64,000 bases of DNA from Eledone cirrhosa. Taxonomy: Eukaryota. The stretch lies in NCBI GenBank assembly GCA_964016885.1, contig OZ024741.1, forward strand, positions 298,034,001 to 298,098,000, read 5' to 3'. Shown here piece by piece: positions 1-11,309 of the stretch; within the stretch, counting starts at the first letter, position 1, and each line of letters opens with the position of its first letter. The notes beneath the pieces are model-generated. The model saw nothing but the letters and a program-made list of their open reading frames with translations. It did no database searches and was not told where the DNA came from. The position numbers and the translations under genes were made by a program.

Positions 1-328
1 ATAAACTGTTGAGTGTTTGTCATCTCTTATGAAAGAGTCGGCAGATTTTCAATCAACCAACTTTCCTTAGTTGAATAAATATATGTATGTATATATATAT
101 ATACGTATATTTTCTTTAATATGGCAACATTAAAGGAATATATTCTTCTGCAAGAATTGCGAGCAATTTATAATGTTATTTAAGCATTGGTAATGTTATT
201 TATTTATATGCTTTGTATATATTATATATACACAAATAATGAATCTGTATATTAAAACATCGTTTGTATTATTCAATCAGTTTATTGAACAACTAGAATG
301 CTCATCGTCAAGTACTTTATACATACAC

Positions 329-362
<34 letters not shown>

Positions 363-463
363 ATGTATGAATCTATATATATGTATGTATATATATATAT
401 GTGTGTGTGTGTATGTATATATGTGTGTATGCATATGTGCGTGTATGCATGTGTGTGTGTATG

Positions 464-494
<31 letters not shown>

Positions 495-1084
495 ATACAT
501 ATATGTGTGTGTGTATGTATATATATGTGTGTATGTATATATATGTATATGTATATATATATATGAAGATAAATTAACGGAGCCATAGAGTCGCGTTATT
601 CCCTGTAAATTATGTGCTCAAAGGGAAAGGAATTCTATACATATTGTATATGTTTATATATATATATGTGCATGTATATATATGTATATGTGTATATATA
701 TATGCATGTATATGTATATTTGTATATATGTATATGTGTGTATGTATGTATATCATCATCATCATCGTTTAACGTCCATCTTCCACACTTGCATGGGTTT
801 GGTCGGGAGTTTTCCCACTTGAGGCAAGAGTGGTTGTCTTGCTCGCATAGGACTGTCAGGCGGGTTTTCTACGGCTGGATGCCCTTCCTAACACCAACCA
901 CGTTTACAGTGTGGACTGGGTTTTTTTTGTCGTGACACCTACACGACCTCATTTGTTTCGGACTGGATGTTGTGGTACCAACATAACTTTACATTGAAAG
1001 GGGTGGTGTGGATGGGGTGGGGATAGTGGGACGGGGTGTATTTTTGGTAGAGGTGCCTACTGACTGGTAGGTTTCACTTTGTAC

Positions 1085-4000
1085 TTAGGTAAGGCGGGTC
1101 TTCTGTATTACTGTGTAGCGCCAAAGATCTCGGTCCAGTGACATTGTCTTGGAGAGGTGTAAGTGTGTGAGGTTGGAATGTATCAAGTCGTCCCAGGTTT
1201 TTCTGGGTCTGCCTACTCCGTGGCTACCGTCTATTTTTATTGCCCTGCACTTTTTTATACAGCTGTCGTCTTTCATGCGATCACGTGTCCACACCAACGT
1301 AGTCTTCTTTCGAGTAAACAACATGTGATCCCTCATATTTCTAATTTTTCCCTTAGTTCGTTTATGCTTTGCCGTTCACGTATATTACTATTACACATCC
1401 AGCGGAGCATGCAAGCTTCGTTCCTCTCCAGTCTGCGTATATCCTCTGCACACAATGCCCAGGTCTCACTGCCATGTAACATTGCTGTTCGTATGCAGGC
1501 ATCATACAGCCTGCCTTTCATTTTTAGAGAGAACCCTTTAGCGGCTAATAGTGGTATAAGCTCTCTGAACTTTTTCCATCCACTTCTGACACTAGCTACT
1601 GTACTTTCAGAACACCCTCTACCACTGCTCATTTTGTCACCCAAGTAACGGAAGGTGTCCACTATTTCTATAGAACCATCTGTGCAATTGAAAGAGGTAG
1701 TATTTTGTGGGCACTTGCTGCTACTTATTGCACCAGAGCACCGGCCACATGTAAAATCTATGTTCTTAGTTAGCTTACCTGTGATCCCACTACATCTTTT
1801 ATGCACCCATACTTTGCATTTGGGACATAAAATGGAGTTTCTGCCTACTTCTTTCCTACACACTGAGCATGGCCATTTCCCGGATGGGACCGGTGCTCTA
1901 TTTTCCTTCCTACAAACTAGAACTTTAGTCTTAGACAGGTTAATTTTAAGGCCTTTTGATTCTAGGCCATGCTTCCATGTTTGGAATTTCTTCTCTAGTT
2001 CAGCCATTGATTTAGCTATGAGCGTTAGATCATCTGCGTATAGGAGTTCCCATGGGCAGCCGGTCTTGAACTCCACTGTTATAGCCTGAAGGGCAATAAT
2101 AAATAGTAGGGGGCTAAGAACGGAGCCCTGATGAACACCAACTTTTACGCTAAACTCTTCACTATATTCATTGTTAATTCTAACCTTGCTGACTGTTTCT
2201 TTATACATGGCTTGTATAGCTCTCACAAGCCATTCATCAACACCTAGTTTTCTAAGAACCCACCAGATAATGGAACGGGGGACTCTGTCAAAGGCTGTTT
2301 CCAAGTCGACAAAAGCTAAGTATAGGGATTTACTTTTAGCTAGGTACTTCTCCTGTAGTTGTCGTACAATGAAAAGAGCGTCTATGGTACTTTTACCTGA
2401 CACAAACCCGAACTGCATTTCATCTAGATCAATTCACTCTCTGATTAGTTGCGCTATTACTTTTTCTGTGACCTTCATGACCTGGTCGATTAATTTAATT
2501 CCCCTATAGTTACCCATATCTAGGGCATCTCCTTTACCCTTGTAACAGTTAATGATGATGCTGCTACGCCAGTCCTTCGGAACAACCCCATTCTGTATGA
2601 CTTGGTTTACTATCCGGGTGACCATAGTGTGTCCCACCATTCCAGATGCTTTCAGCATTTCAGCAACTATTTCCGAAGGCCCAGCCGCCTTACCCGTCTT
2701 CATATCTTTGATTGCCTTACTTATTATACTACCTTCAACTAGCACTGCTGGTCCCTCTATTGGATCGATGCGGGGGAGACTGTCTTTCTCCCATTTATAT
2801 TTATTCTCCTCATTTAGTAGCCTTTCGTAGTGACACTTCCAAGCTACCTTCTTATCAGCGTCAGTGATGGCAAGTACACCATAATCATTAAGTACACACT
2901 TCTCCCCGACAATATCACGGTTTTCCTTGACACATTGCTTAGTAATCCTGAACACCTCACATTTTTGGTCCTCGCGTTGTATAACATGCTTGAACTTTCT
3001 TTCCTCTGCTTCCCTTTTTGCGAAGTACACTTGTCTCCTAGCTTCCCTCCTGGCCACTTGATAGTCTTCTCTACTTCCCCCATCCCGCCATACTTTCCAA
3101 GTCTGCTTTTTGGCTTTAATTGACTCCTCCACCTTACTGTTCCACCACCACGTTACTCTCCTCCTGCCTACAGGCCTGCTCCAGCCGCAGACTTCATCTG
3201 TCGCCATCAGCAGGTTTGCTTTCAGGAATTCCCACTGTTCCTCTATATTGTACGACTCTAATTGCTCTTCCTTACTGTCGAAAGCATCAAGTAATATGCT
3301 TTGAAATTTATTTCTGGCTGTGGGGTCCTTTAGCTTCCATATTTTTCTCCTAAAGATAGTCCTCTTCTGTTGTCGAGAACGTCTCGTCCTGACTATGAGG
3401 TCGCTAATTATGAGTCTATGTTGAGAGGTGCATTCTTCATGGGGGAGGGATTTAGTGTTTACAACAGACACTCTGTCACGTTTTCTGGTAAGGATATAAT
3501 CTACCTGGCTGGTATGTTCCCCTGATCTGTAGGTGATCAAGTGATTGTCTCGCTTTTTGAAGTTAGTGTTACAGATAGTTAGGTTATTTGCGTCACAGAA
3601 TTCCAGGATTCTGGAGCCTTCCTCATTTCTAGTACCAAACCCATAGCCTCCATGGATTCCGTCATAGCCGTCACAATGTTGTCCAACGTGACCATTTAGG
3701 TCGCCAGCAATAATTATATAGTCACTGTCGGTTATTTGGAAGGTAGTGAGCATCAGTGTCTCATAGAATCTGTCTTTTATAGCGCCAGGCAGTCCGGATT
3801 GGGGTGCGTACGCAGCTATTACTGTCACAGTAGTTCTATTTAGAACAAGTCTTATTTTAATTATTCTGTCGTTCACTCCATTTACGTCTATTATCTTATC
3901 CACCCATTTTTCTGCTAACATGATTCCTACCCCACCCAGCCCATTGTCATTTCCCACCCAGAAAAGCTTATAGCATCGTTTTTTACCCACAATGAATCTA

Positions 4001-4341
4001 GCAGACCCGCCCCTCCACTTGGTCTCTTGGATACAGCAAACATCAACCTCCTTACGTTCAAGCATTTCTACAACCTCGTTAGAGCGACCTTTTAAGGTGC
4101 CTACATTCATGGTACCAACTCTGAAGTTTTGGATTGCATTTGGTGGGTGGGGCGCGCGGAAGAGTGAGGGGCATGGGGTTGGGGTTATGTTGGCCATCCG
4201 CGACCGAAACAAAGAGGAGTCCTTGCCCTTTCGTCCGGCAGCATGAGGTGAATTTGTCGTTATCTTTGGCATTGTCTCTGAGTGTCCAGATTCTTCAGAC
4301 TCTCCAGAATTCCTTAGTCCATCCATCATATCGAAAAGCAA
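1085..4341 (-). pseudogene. APE-RT polyprotein of RTE family A with PHD insert; two in-frame TGA stops and one frameshift
   Basis: ORFs 2434-4341 and 1333-2418 are in one frame, split by TGA (IRE*IDLDEMQFG). Second stop at LEI*GITCC. 1-bp loss near 1282 (GHV/RMKD). Confidence 0.9.
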
Positions 4342-4435
4342 CCAGAAGTGATAGCATAGGCCGCTGACTTATGATTGGTCCAAATAATAATGGTGGAGAG
4401 TGGGGGTGGGCGGGAGGGGTATGGGGTAGTTAACG

Positions 4436-5080
4436 AGCGAGGAGAAGGTTTTAAATAAAGCATATAACAGTAACAAGCGATATACTGGGATTTTAAAATA
4501 CACAAGATTATTTAGAACAACCAGACAGAATTATAGAATAGCATTGAGGAAGTAGGATTGGATTCTGGGCGATTATACAGATATAAGGATGAATGAACCG
4601 AAGGGTGGGGAGACAAGAAGAAAATGGTATTTTTACATTACATTTCGTAGAAGTGGACTGACCATTAATAAGAGTTGACAAATTCTGAGATTCGTACCTC
4701 GTAACAGGTTTATTTATATTTGGTGCGAGTAGGGAGTGATCGAGTGAGAGAGAGAGAGATCAACAGGCACGTATGTGATAAAGAGGGGGGTGACAGAGAT
4801 TTAGAGGGACTAGGGAGGCCATTTTTATGAATCCTGGAAAATTTCGGCCAAAATTAAGATTAAGCGAGGAGAAGGTTTTAAATAAAGCATATAACAGTAA
4901 CAAGCGATATACTGGGATTTTAAAATACACAAGATTATTTAGAACAGCCAGACAGAATTATAGAATAGCATTGAGAAAGTAGGACTGGATTCTGGGTGAT
5001 TATAGATATATGGATGAATGTTTTGAAGGGTGGGGAAACAAGAAGAAAATAGTATTTTTACATTACATTTCGTAGAAGTG
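4436..5080 (-). repeat. 5'-terminal tandem repeat of RTE family A (427-bp period, about 1.5 copies)
   Basis: gcgaggagaaggttttaaataaagc...ttcgtagaagtg at 4437 and again at 4864. The second copy ends at the microsatellite. Confidence 0.88.
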
Positions 5081-5167
5081 TATATATGAATGTATATATA
5101 TATGTATGTGTATATATATAGATGTAATCTAAATAGTATGGTAGAATATTAAGTGTTAAATGTTAAT

Positions 5168-5206
5168 TGAACAAGTACTTTCATGCTTTCGCAATCTTCA
5201 GGTTCA
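5168..5206 (-). ncRNA. Minimal type I hammerhead ribozyme motif (Penelope-type)
   Basis: Minus strand reads UGAAC-CUGAAGA-U-UGC(GAAA)GCA-U-GAA-AGUACU-U-GUUCA: stem I, intact core, palindromic stem III, CUU site. CCAAT- and TATA-like words lie upstream on the same strand (to about 5480). Confidence 0.75.
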
Positions 5207-5479
5207 TATTCTGTGGTGACAGTCAAGTTTGCAATTTTCAACTGTAATGAGATGGGTAAATTTTGTGCCTTATATACAGTGAAAAGCGGCTACAGAATGC
5301 TAAATTTTGCAAACTGTATTTCGACCAATTGGTGTGTAGTTTCACTGGATTACTGAAGCTGATTGGTTTAGGCGTCATGGTTGGTTGAGCATGTCTAACG
5401 ACTTCTATTTGGCTCTATCCAAAGCATCAATTGTTTTGCTATTTTTAGAAATGATGTAAATAGCATTTTCTAGGGTTTT

Positions 5480-5930
5480 TATACTAATGCGAATGCTGAC
5501 GTGCACGCTGATGCAAACGCTGACACTGAGGGAAATGCTGACACTGACACAAGTGCTGACACGGACGCTAATGATAATGCTGACGTAGACGCAGGCACTG
5601 AAACAAACACTAACGTTGACTCAGACGCTAAGGGAAATGCTGACACAATCACTATCACCAATGCAGACGCTGACGCAAATGCTGACACTTACGCAAACAC
5701 TAACGCAGATGCTAACACCAGTCTACATAGACACTAACACAAAAGCTTACATAGACGCTTATGCAAATGCTAACGCTGATGGAGACAGTAACACAAACAG
5801 TAATTGTAAGAGTAACAGTTACAGTAACACTAACAGTGACAGTAATGCTAACAGTACACAGTCACTAACAATAAACTTACCATTAACAGTAAAACTTACC
5901 CTAACACTAACCCTAGATCTAACATTAATC
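5480..5930. repeat. Degenerate 6-bp-period low-complexity repeat (gctgac / aacact / aacagt)
   Basis: Visible hexamer periodicity; it produces the ADAN/TLTQ pseudo-ORFs. Confidence 0.8.
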
Positions 5931-6452
5931 CAGAGAAAAAAGTCATTTGCAATCACATTTAAGGTCACTCTTTAAGATATAGAAGATAGGCATTACATTT
6001 TAATGATTTTAATTTAAAGAGAATCACGCTATATTGCAACACAATAACACACCACACCACACTAACCTACACTACACCAAACCAGATTATACCATATCTT
6101 AGTAAATTTATGATAGGTTTCCATGTTATAACTACACCAAACTAAACCATACCAAACTACACCAAACCAAACCACACCATAACAAACTACACCATACTAC
6201 ATCACACCATGCTATTGAACTCAATGTAAAAAATTTTCTTCCTGCTTTTTTGTGTGTGCTTACCACCCAATCTGACATTAAAAGTGTTCGCAATTAACTA
6301 TTTTTTGCACATATTATCAATGAAGACTTTGAAATCTGTTGAAAATGACTAGCTTTGTAGAAAAAAGAGGGCGGAAAGTGAGTGGAAATACCATTCACAA
6401 AGCTTGTCATTTTTTATTGCAGTGAAAGTCATATTTCTTGTTAATATGGTAA

Positions 6453-6786
6453 TGGAGGCACATGGCTTAGTGTTTAAAATATTGGCCTTGCAATCGAAAG
6501 AGTGTGAGTTCAATTCTCAGACCAGGTGGTGTGTTGTATCCTTGAGCAAAACACTTTATTTCACATTGCTCCAGTTTACTCAGCTGTAGAAATGAGATGA
6601 TAGGGCCTGGGGTCCCTATCATTCCACTGCAAAGTGGTCGTGTAGGTTCCACGGCAAAAACCACCCAGCACTCACTGTAAATGAGATTGGTGTTAGGAAG
6701 GGCATCCAGCTGTAGAAATAAAGCCAGAATCAGTTCCCGTCCCACCCTTGCAAGCAGGGAAAAGTGGACGTAAAATGATGATGATG
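6453..6786 (+). mobile_element. tRNA-derived CORE-type SINE with RTE-derived 3' tail
   Basis: Box A/B-like head (tggcttagtg, gagttcaattc), CORE-like ccttgagcaaaacactt...cagctgtagaaatg, tail matching the RTE 3' UTR at 46905-47180, (GAT)n end, TSD ATGGTAA (6446-6452 / 6787-6793). Confidence 0.85.
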
Positions 6787-8929
6787 ATGGTAAAAGCATA
6801 GTCGGCTGTGAGCATGTTGGAGGTTGGAAAACCATACCACATTAAACTGCATCAAACTACACCATACCAAACTACACCATACTACATCACACCACGCTAT
6901 TAATCTCAGTGAGAACATTTTTCTTCCTGTTTTTTTTTCTTTCTGTGTGTGCTTACCACCCAATCTGATATCAAAGGTGCTCACAAATGACTATTTTTTT
7001 TTACACATTATCAATGTATATAACATGGAAACCTATCATTTGCAATGTCATAACTACAACAATCCAAACCACACCATAACAAACTACACCATTCGACATC
7101 ACACCATGCTTTTGATCTCAGTGTGAAAAATTTTCTTCCTGTTTCTTTTTTTTTTTATGTGTGTTCTTACCACCAAAGGTGACATCAAAGGTGCTGCAAT
7201 TGACTATTTTTCGCACATATTATCAATAATTATGACATGGAAAACTGTCGAAAATGACTAGCTTTGTAGAAAAAAGAGGGAGGATGTGGGTGGAAATACC
7301 ATTTACAAAGCTAGTCATTTTTTATTGCAGCGGAAGTCATATTTTTTGTTAATATGCTAAAAGCATAGTCCACTGCGAGCATCTTGGAAGTTGTATTAGT
7401 TGATAGCACATGCAAAAGTGAAGGGACAAATTTTTTTCTTACATAAATCAAAGTGGAAATTTAATTCCTTACTTATAACAAAGCACACCACATTAATCTA
7501 CCCCAAACCACACCATATCAAACAGCACCATATTATGGTAAATTTATTACAGAACACCTACTCCTATCATTTACATCACACCATGGTATGGACATCAATG
7601 TGACAAATTTGCTACCTGCTTTTTTTTTTTTTGTGGTTACCACCCAAACTAACATCAAAGGTGCTTGCAAATGATTATTTTCTCACATTATCAATGAATG
7701 ACATGGGAATCTATCGTTTACAATTGGTTTCCATTTCATAACTTCACCAAACCAAACCAAACCACACCATACCAAGTTACACCATACTACATCGCACCGA
7801 GCTATTGATCTTGGTGTGAAACATTTTTTCCCGTTTCCTTTTTTTTCCTGTGTGCTTACTACCCAATCTGACATTAAGGGTGCTCCCAATTTACTTTTTT
7901 TTTCACATATCAATAATTATGACATGGAAACCTGTCGAAAATGACTATCTTTGTAGAAACTTCACCAAACCACACCATAGTACATCACACCAAGCTATTG
8001 ATTTTGGTGTGACAAATTTTCATTTGGCATTTTCAATGAATATGACATAGGAATCTATCGTTTACAATTAGTTTCCATTTCATAACTTCAAACCAAACCA
8101 CACCATACCAAGTTACACCATACTACATCACACCAAAGCTATTGATCTTGGTGTGAAACATTTTCTTCCCGTTTCCTTTTTTTTTTTTTTGTGTGTGTGC
8201 TTACCACCCAATCTGACATTAAAGGTGCTCACAATTCACTATTTTTTTTCCACTTATCAATAATTATGACATGGAAACCTGTCGAAAATTACTATCTTTG
8301 TAGAAACTTCACCAAACCACACCATACTACATCACACCAAGCTATTGATTTTGGTGGGACAAATTTTCATCCGCCAATTTTTTTTTTTTCTTTTCTTTTT
8401 TTTGTGCTTACCATTCAATTTGACATAAAAGGTGCTCGCAAATTACTATTTTATGCACATATTATCAATGGTTACGACATGGAAACCTGATGAAAATGAC
8501 TAGCTTTGTAGAAAAAATAGGAAGGATGTGGGTGGAAATACCATTTACAAAGCTAGTCATTTTTTATTGCAGCAGAAGTCATATTTTTTGTTAATATGCT
8601 AAAAGCATAGTCCACTGCGAGCATCTTGGAAGTTGATAGCACATGCAAAAATGAAGGAAAAATTTTTTTTCTTACATAAATCAAAGTGGAAATTTAAATC
8701 CTCACTTATAACAAAGCACACCACAGCACATTAATCTACCGCAATCCACACCATAACCATACTTCACTATATGGTAAATTTATTACAAAACACCTATTCC
8801 TACCATTTACATCACACCATGGTATGGACATCAATGTGACAAATTTGCTACCTGCTTTTTTTTTTTGTGGTTACCACCTCAAACTAACATCAAAGGTGCT
8901 TGCAAATGACTATTTTCCCACACATTATC

Positions 8930-9110
8930 GGTGGATTGGCAGTATCGGTAGAGGGTCGGACGCCATGCTTTCCAGCATAGTTACGTCCCTTTACGATCTG
9001 AGTTCAAATCCCGCCGAGGTTGACTTTGCCTTTCATCCTTACAGGGTCGATAAAATAAAGTACCAGTAATGCACTGGGTAATTGCTGGCCTTGTGCCTAA
9101 AGTAGAAACA
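8930..9110 (+). mobile_element. tRNA-derived SINE with Nin/Deu-like domain
   Basis: Box B gagttcaaatc followed by gccgaggttgactttgcctttcatcc...gtcgataaaataaagtaccag. TSD ATTATC. Related copies at 22991 and 25447. Confidence 0.8.
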
Positions 9111-10129
9111 ATTATCAATGAATATGACATGGGAATCTATCGTTTACAATTGGTTTCCATTTCATAACTTCACCAAACCAAACCAAACCACACCATACCA
9201 AGTTACACCATACTACATCACACCAAGCTATTGATCTTGGTGTGAAACATTTCCCGTTTCCTTTTTTTTGTGTGTGTGTGCTTACCACCTATTTTTTTTC
9301 CACTTATCAATAATTATGACATGGAAACCTGTCGAAAATTACTATCTTTGTAGAAACTTCACCAAACCACACCATACTACATCACACCAAGATATTGATT
9401 TTGGTGTGACATTTTCATCTGGCATTTTTTTTTTTTTTCTTTCTTTTGTGCTTACCACCCAATTTGACATAAAAGGTGCTTGCAAATTACTATTTTATGC
9501 ACATATTATCAATGTTTATGACATGGAAACCTGATGAAAATGACTAGCTTTGTAGAAAAAAGAGTGACGATGTGGGTGGAAATACCATTTACAAAGCTAG
9601 CCATTTTTTATTGCAGCGGAAGTCCTATTTTTTGTTAATATGCTAAAAGCATAGTCCACTGCGAGCTTCTTGGAAGTTGATAGCACATGCAAAAATGAAG
9701 GAAAAAATTTGTTTTCTAACATAAATCAAAGTGGAAATTTAAATCCTCACTTATAACAAAGCACACCACAGCACATTAATCTACCCAATCCACACCATAT
9801 ACTTCACCATAACCATATGGTATATTTATTACAGAACACCTACTCCTACCATTTACATCACACCAATGCTCGCAGTTGACTATTTTTTTCACATATTATG
9901 AATGAATATAACTTTGAAACCTATCGTCAATGATTAGCTTTGTAGCAAAATGAAGGCAGAAAGTGGGCGGAAAAACCATTCACAAAGCTAGTCATTTTTA
10001 ATTGTAGTGGAAATCATATTTGTTGTTAATATGCTAAAACAAATAGTCAATTGCAAGCATTTTGGAGGTCGGATTAGTTGATAGGACATAAAAAAACAAA
10101 GGAAAACAAATATTGTCTATATGTTCCTG

Positions 10130-10224
10130 TGGAAAGTCGGGTTCTTCTGTATTATTGTGTGACGCCAGAGGTCATGGTCATGTGTCATTGCCCTTGAGAG
10201 GTGCAATTGGGAAAGGTCGGCTTA
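10130..10224 (-). mobile_element. Short RTE ORF 3' fragment
   Basis: Matches the reverse complement of the RTE C-terminal coding region at about 46770-46860. Confidence 0.7.
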
Positions 10225-10262
10225 GAACTATTTACTTCTGCGTTCACAGATTGATTTTTTTT

Positions 10263-10314
10263 AGTTTCAGAAGATCCCATTAAGGGTGAAAGCAGCCGAT
10301 TCTTTGCCTAAACT
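10263..10314 (+). ncRNA. Hammerhead-like motif, degenerate copy (U4A and U16.1C)
   Basis: AGUUU-CAGAAGA-U-CCC(AUUAA)GGG-U-GAA-AGCA(10 nt)UGCC-U-AAACU. Confidence 0.5.
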
Positions 10315-10633
10315 TTAATCTGTTATTTTAATAAATATTTGCTCTACGGTTCTTATATATTTGATATATATTTATCCTTATCGAGTCCTCTTTGGATGTT
10401 AGTCTTCAAATTTATTATTATTACTATTTGGCTCCCTTGACTGAGTACTCTATTGACTTATATTCATCATGCAGAAACATCTGAATATTTCTACAAAGAA
10501 CATACCCGTACTAAGCAGGAAGAAATACCTAAAACTACGTCTCCACGAACCAAAGTATCGCCTTCCTGTCTTCCTTCGGTTGCAACGTTTTTCGAAATAT
10601 TTACTTCTGCGTTCACAGATTGATTTTTTTTTT

Positions 10634-10685
10634 AGTTTCAGAAGATCCCATTAAGGGTGAAAGCAGCCGATTCTTTGCTTAAACT
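10634..10685 (+). ncRNA. Type I hammerhead-like motif with U4A core variant
   Basis: AGUUU-CAGAAGA-U-CCC(AUUAA)GGG-U-GAA-AGCA(GCCGAUUCUU)UGCU-U-AAACU: all three stems pair, CUU site. Confidence 0.62.
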
Positions 10686-10791
10686 TTAATCTGTTATTTT
10701 AATAAATATTTGCTCTAAGGTTCTTATATAATTGATAGATATTTATCCCTATCGAGCCCTCTTTGGATTTTAGTCTTCATATGTATTATTA

Positions 10792-10794
<3 letters not shown>

Positions 10795-10862
<68 letters not shown>

Positions 10863-11235
10863 TGTGTGTGTGTATATATTAGTTTATATATATGTGTATA
10901 TATATATATATATATATTGGAAAATGTGTGTAATCCTTGGTACAGTTAGGTATATTAAGACATACGTACACACACGAATATGTACTCATACCTCCACATG
11001 GGTATATATATATACATACATATACATATATATACATACATATACATACATATACATATATATACACACATAAAGATACATAACTAAATATACATATATA
11101 CACATACACACACACACACGTGTACACACACACACACACACACATATATACATATGTCCGTATATATACATCCGTTCACACATACATGCATACACACACA
11201 CACATACACACACATATATATATATAGAGAGGCAT

Positions 11236-11305
<70 letters not shown>
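10795..11305. repeat. Compound (TA)n/(CA)n microsatellite
   Basis: Directly visible. Confidence 0.95.

Positions 11306-11309
<4 letters not shown>

Larger units (their letters stand above)
752..5080 (-). mobile_element. RTE-clade LINE, family A, near full length, inactivated
   Basis: APE endonuclease (GTMNVGTL, CCIQET, AGDLNGH, VDYIL, SQHRL) and RT (GVHQGSVLSP, LYADD). (GAT)n 3' tail at 752-766. TA-rich microsatellite on both sides. Confidence 0.93.
6040..10110. repeat. Diverged modular satellite-like repeat with (acacc)n pentamer tracts
   Basis: Recurring modules: caccatactacatcacacc, gtgcttaccacccaatctgacat, atgacatggaaacc, gactagctttgtagaaaa, ggaaataccatttacaaagctag. Confidence 0.8.
10229..10795 (+). 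mobile_element. Penelope-like tandem pLTR-type fragment, 371-bp period, with two hammerhead-like motifs
   Basis: Direct repeats of about 190 bp at 10229 and 10600. The intervening ORF (LNISTKNIPVLSRKKY) resembles the N-terminal region of Penelope-like ORFs (from memory). Confidence 0.6.

Noticed and set aside
282-750. [12 protein letters not shown] ORFs here and at all other microsatellites
   Set aside because: Translations of (TA)n, (TG)n and (CA)n repeats.
1163-4367. Plus-strand ORFs overlapping RTE family A (and antisense ORFs over other LINEs)
   Set aside because: Antisense shadows of the retrotransposon coding frame, with no motifs.
5479-5975. Ala/Asp/Asn/Thr-rich ORFs resembling an adhesin or antifreeze protein
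   Set aside because: Hexamer repeat open in several frames; no splice or gene context.
6453-6530. tRNA gene
   Set aside because: Degenerate SINE head without a full cloverleaf, joined to CORE and LINE-tail sequence.
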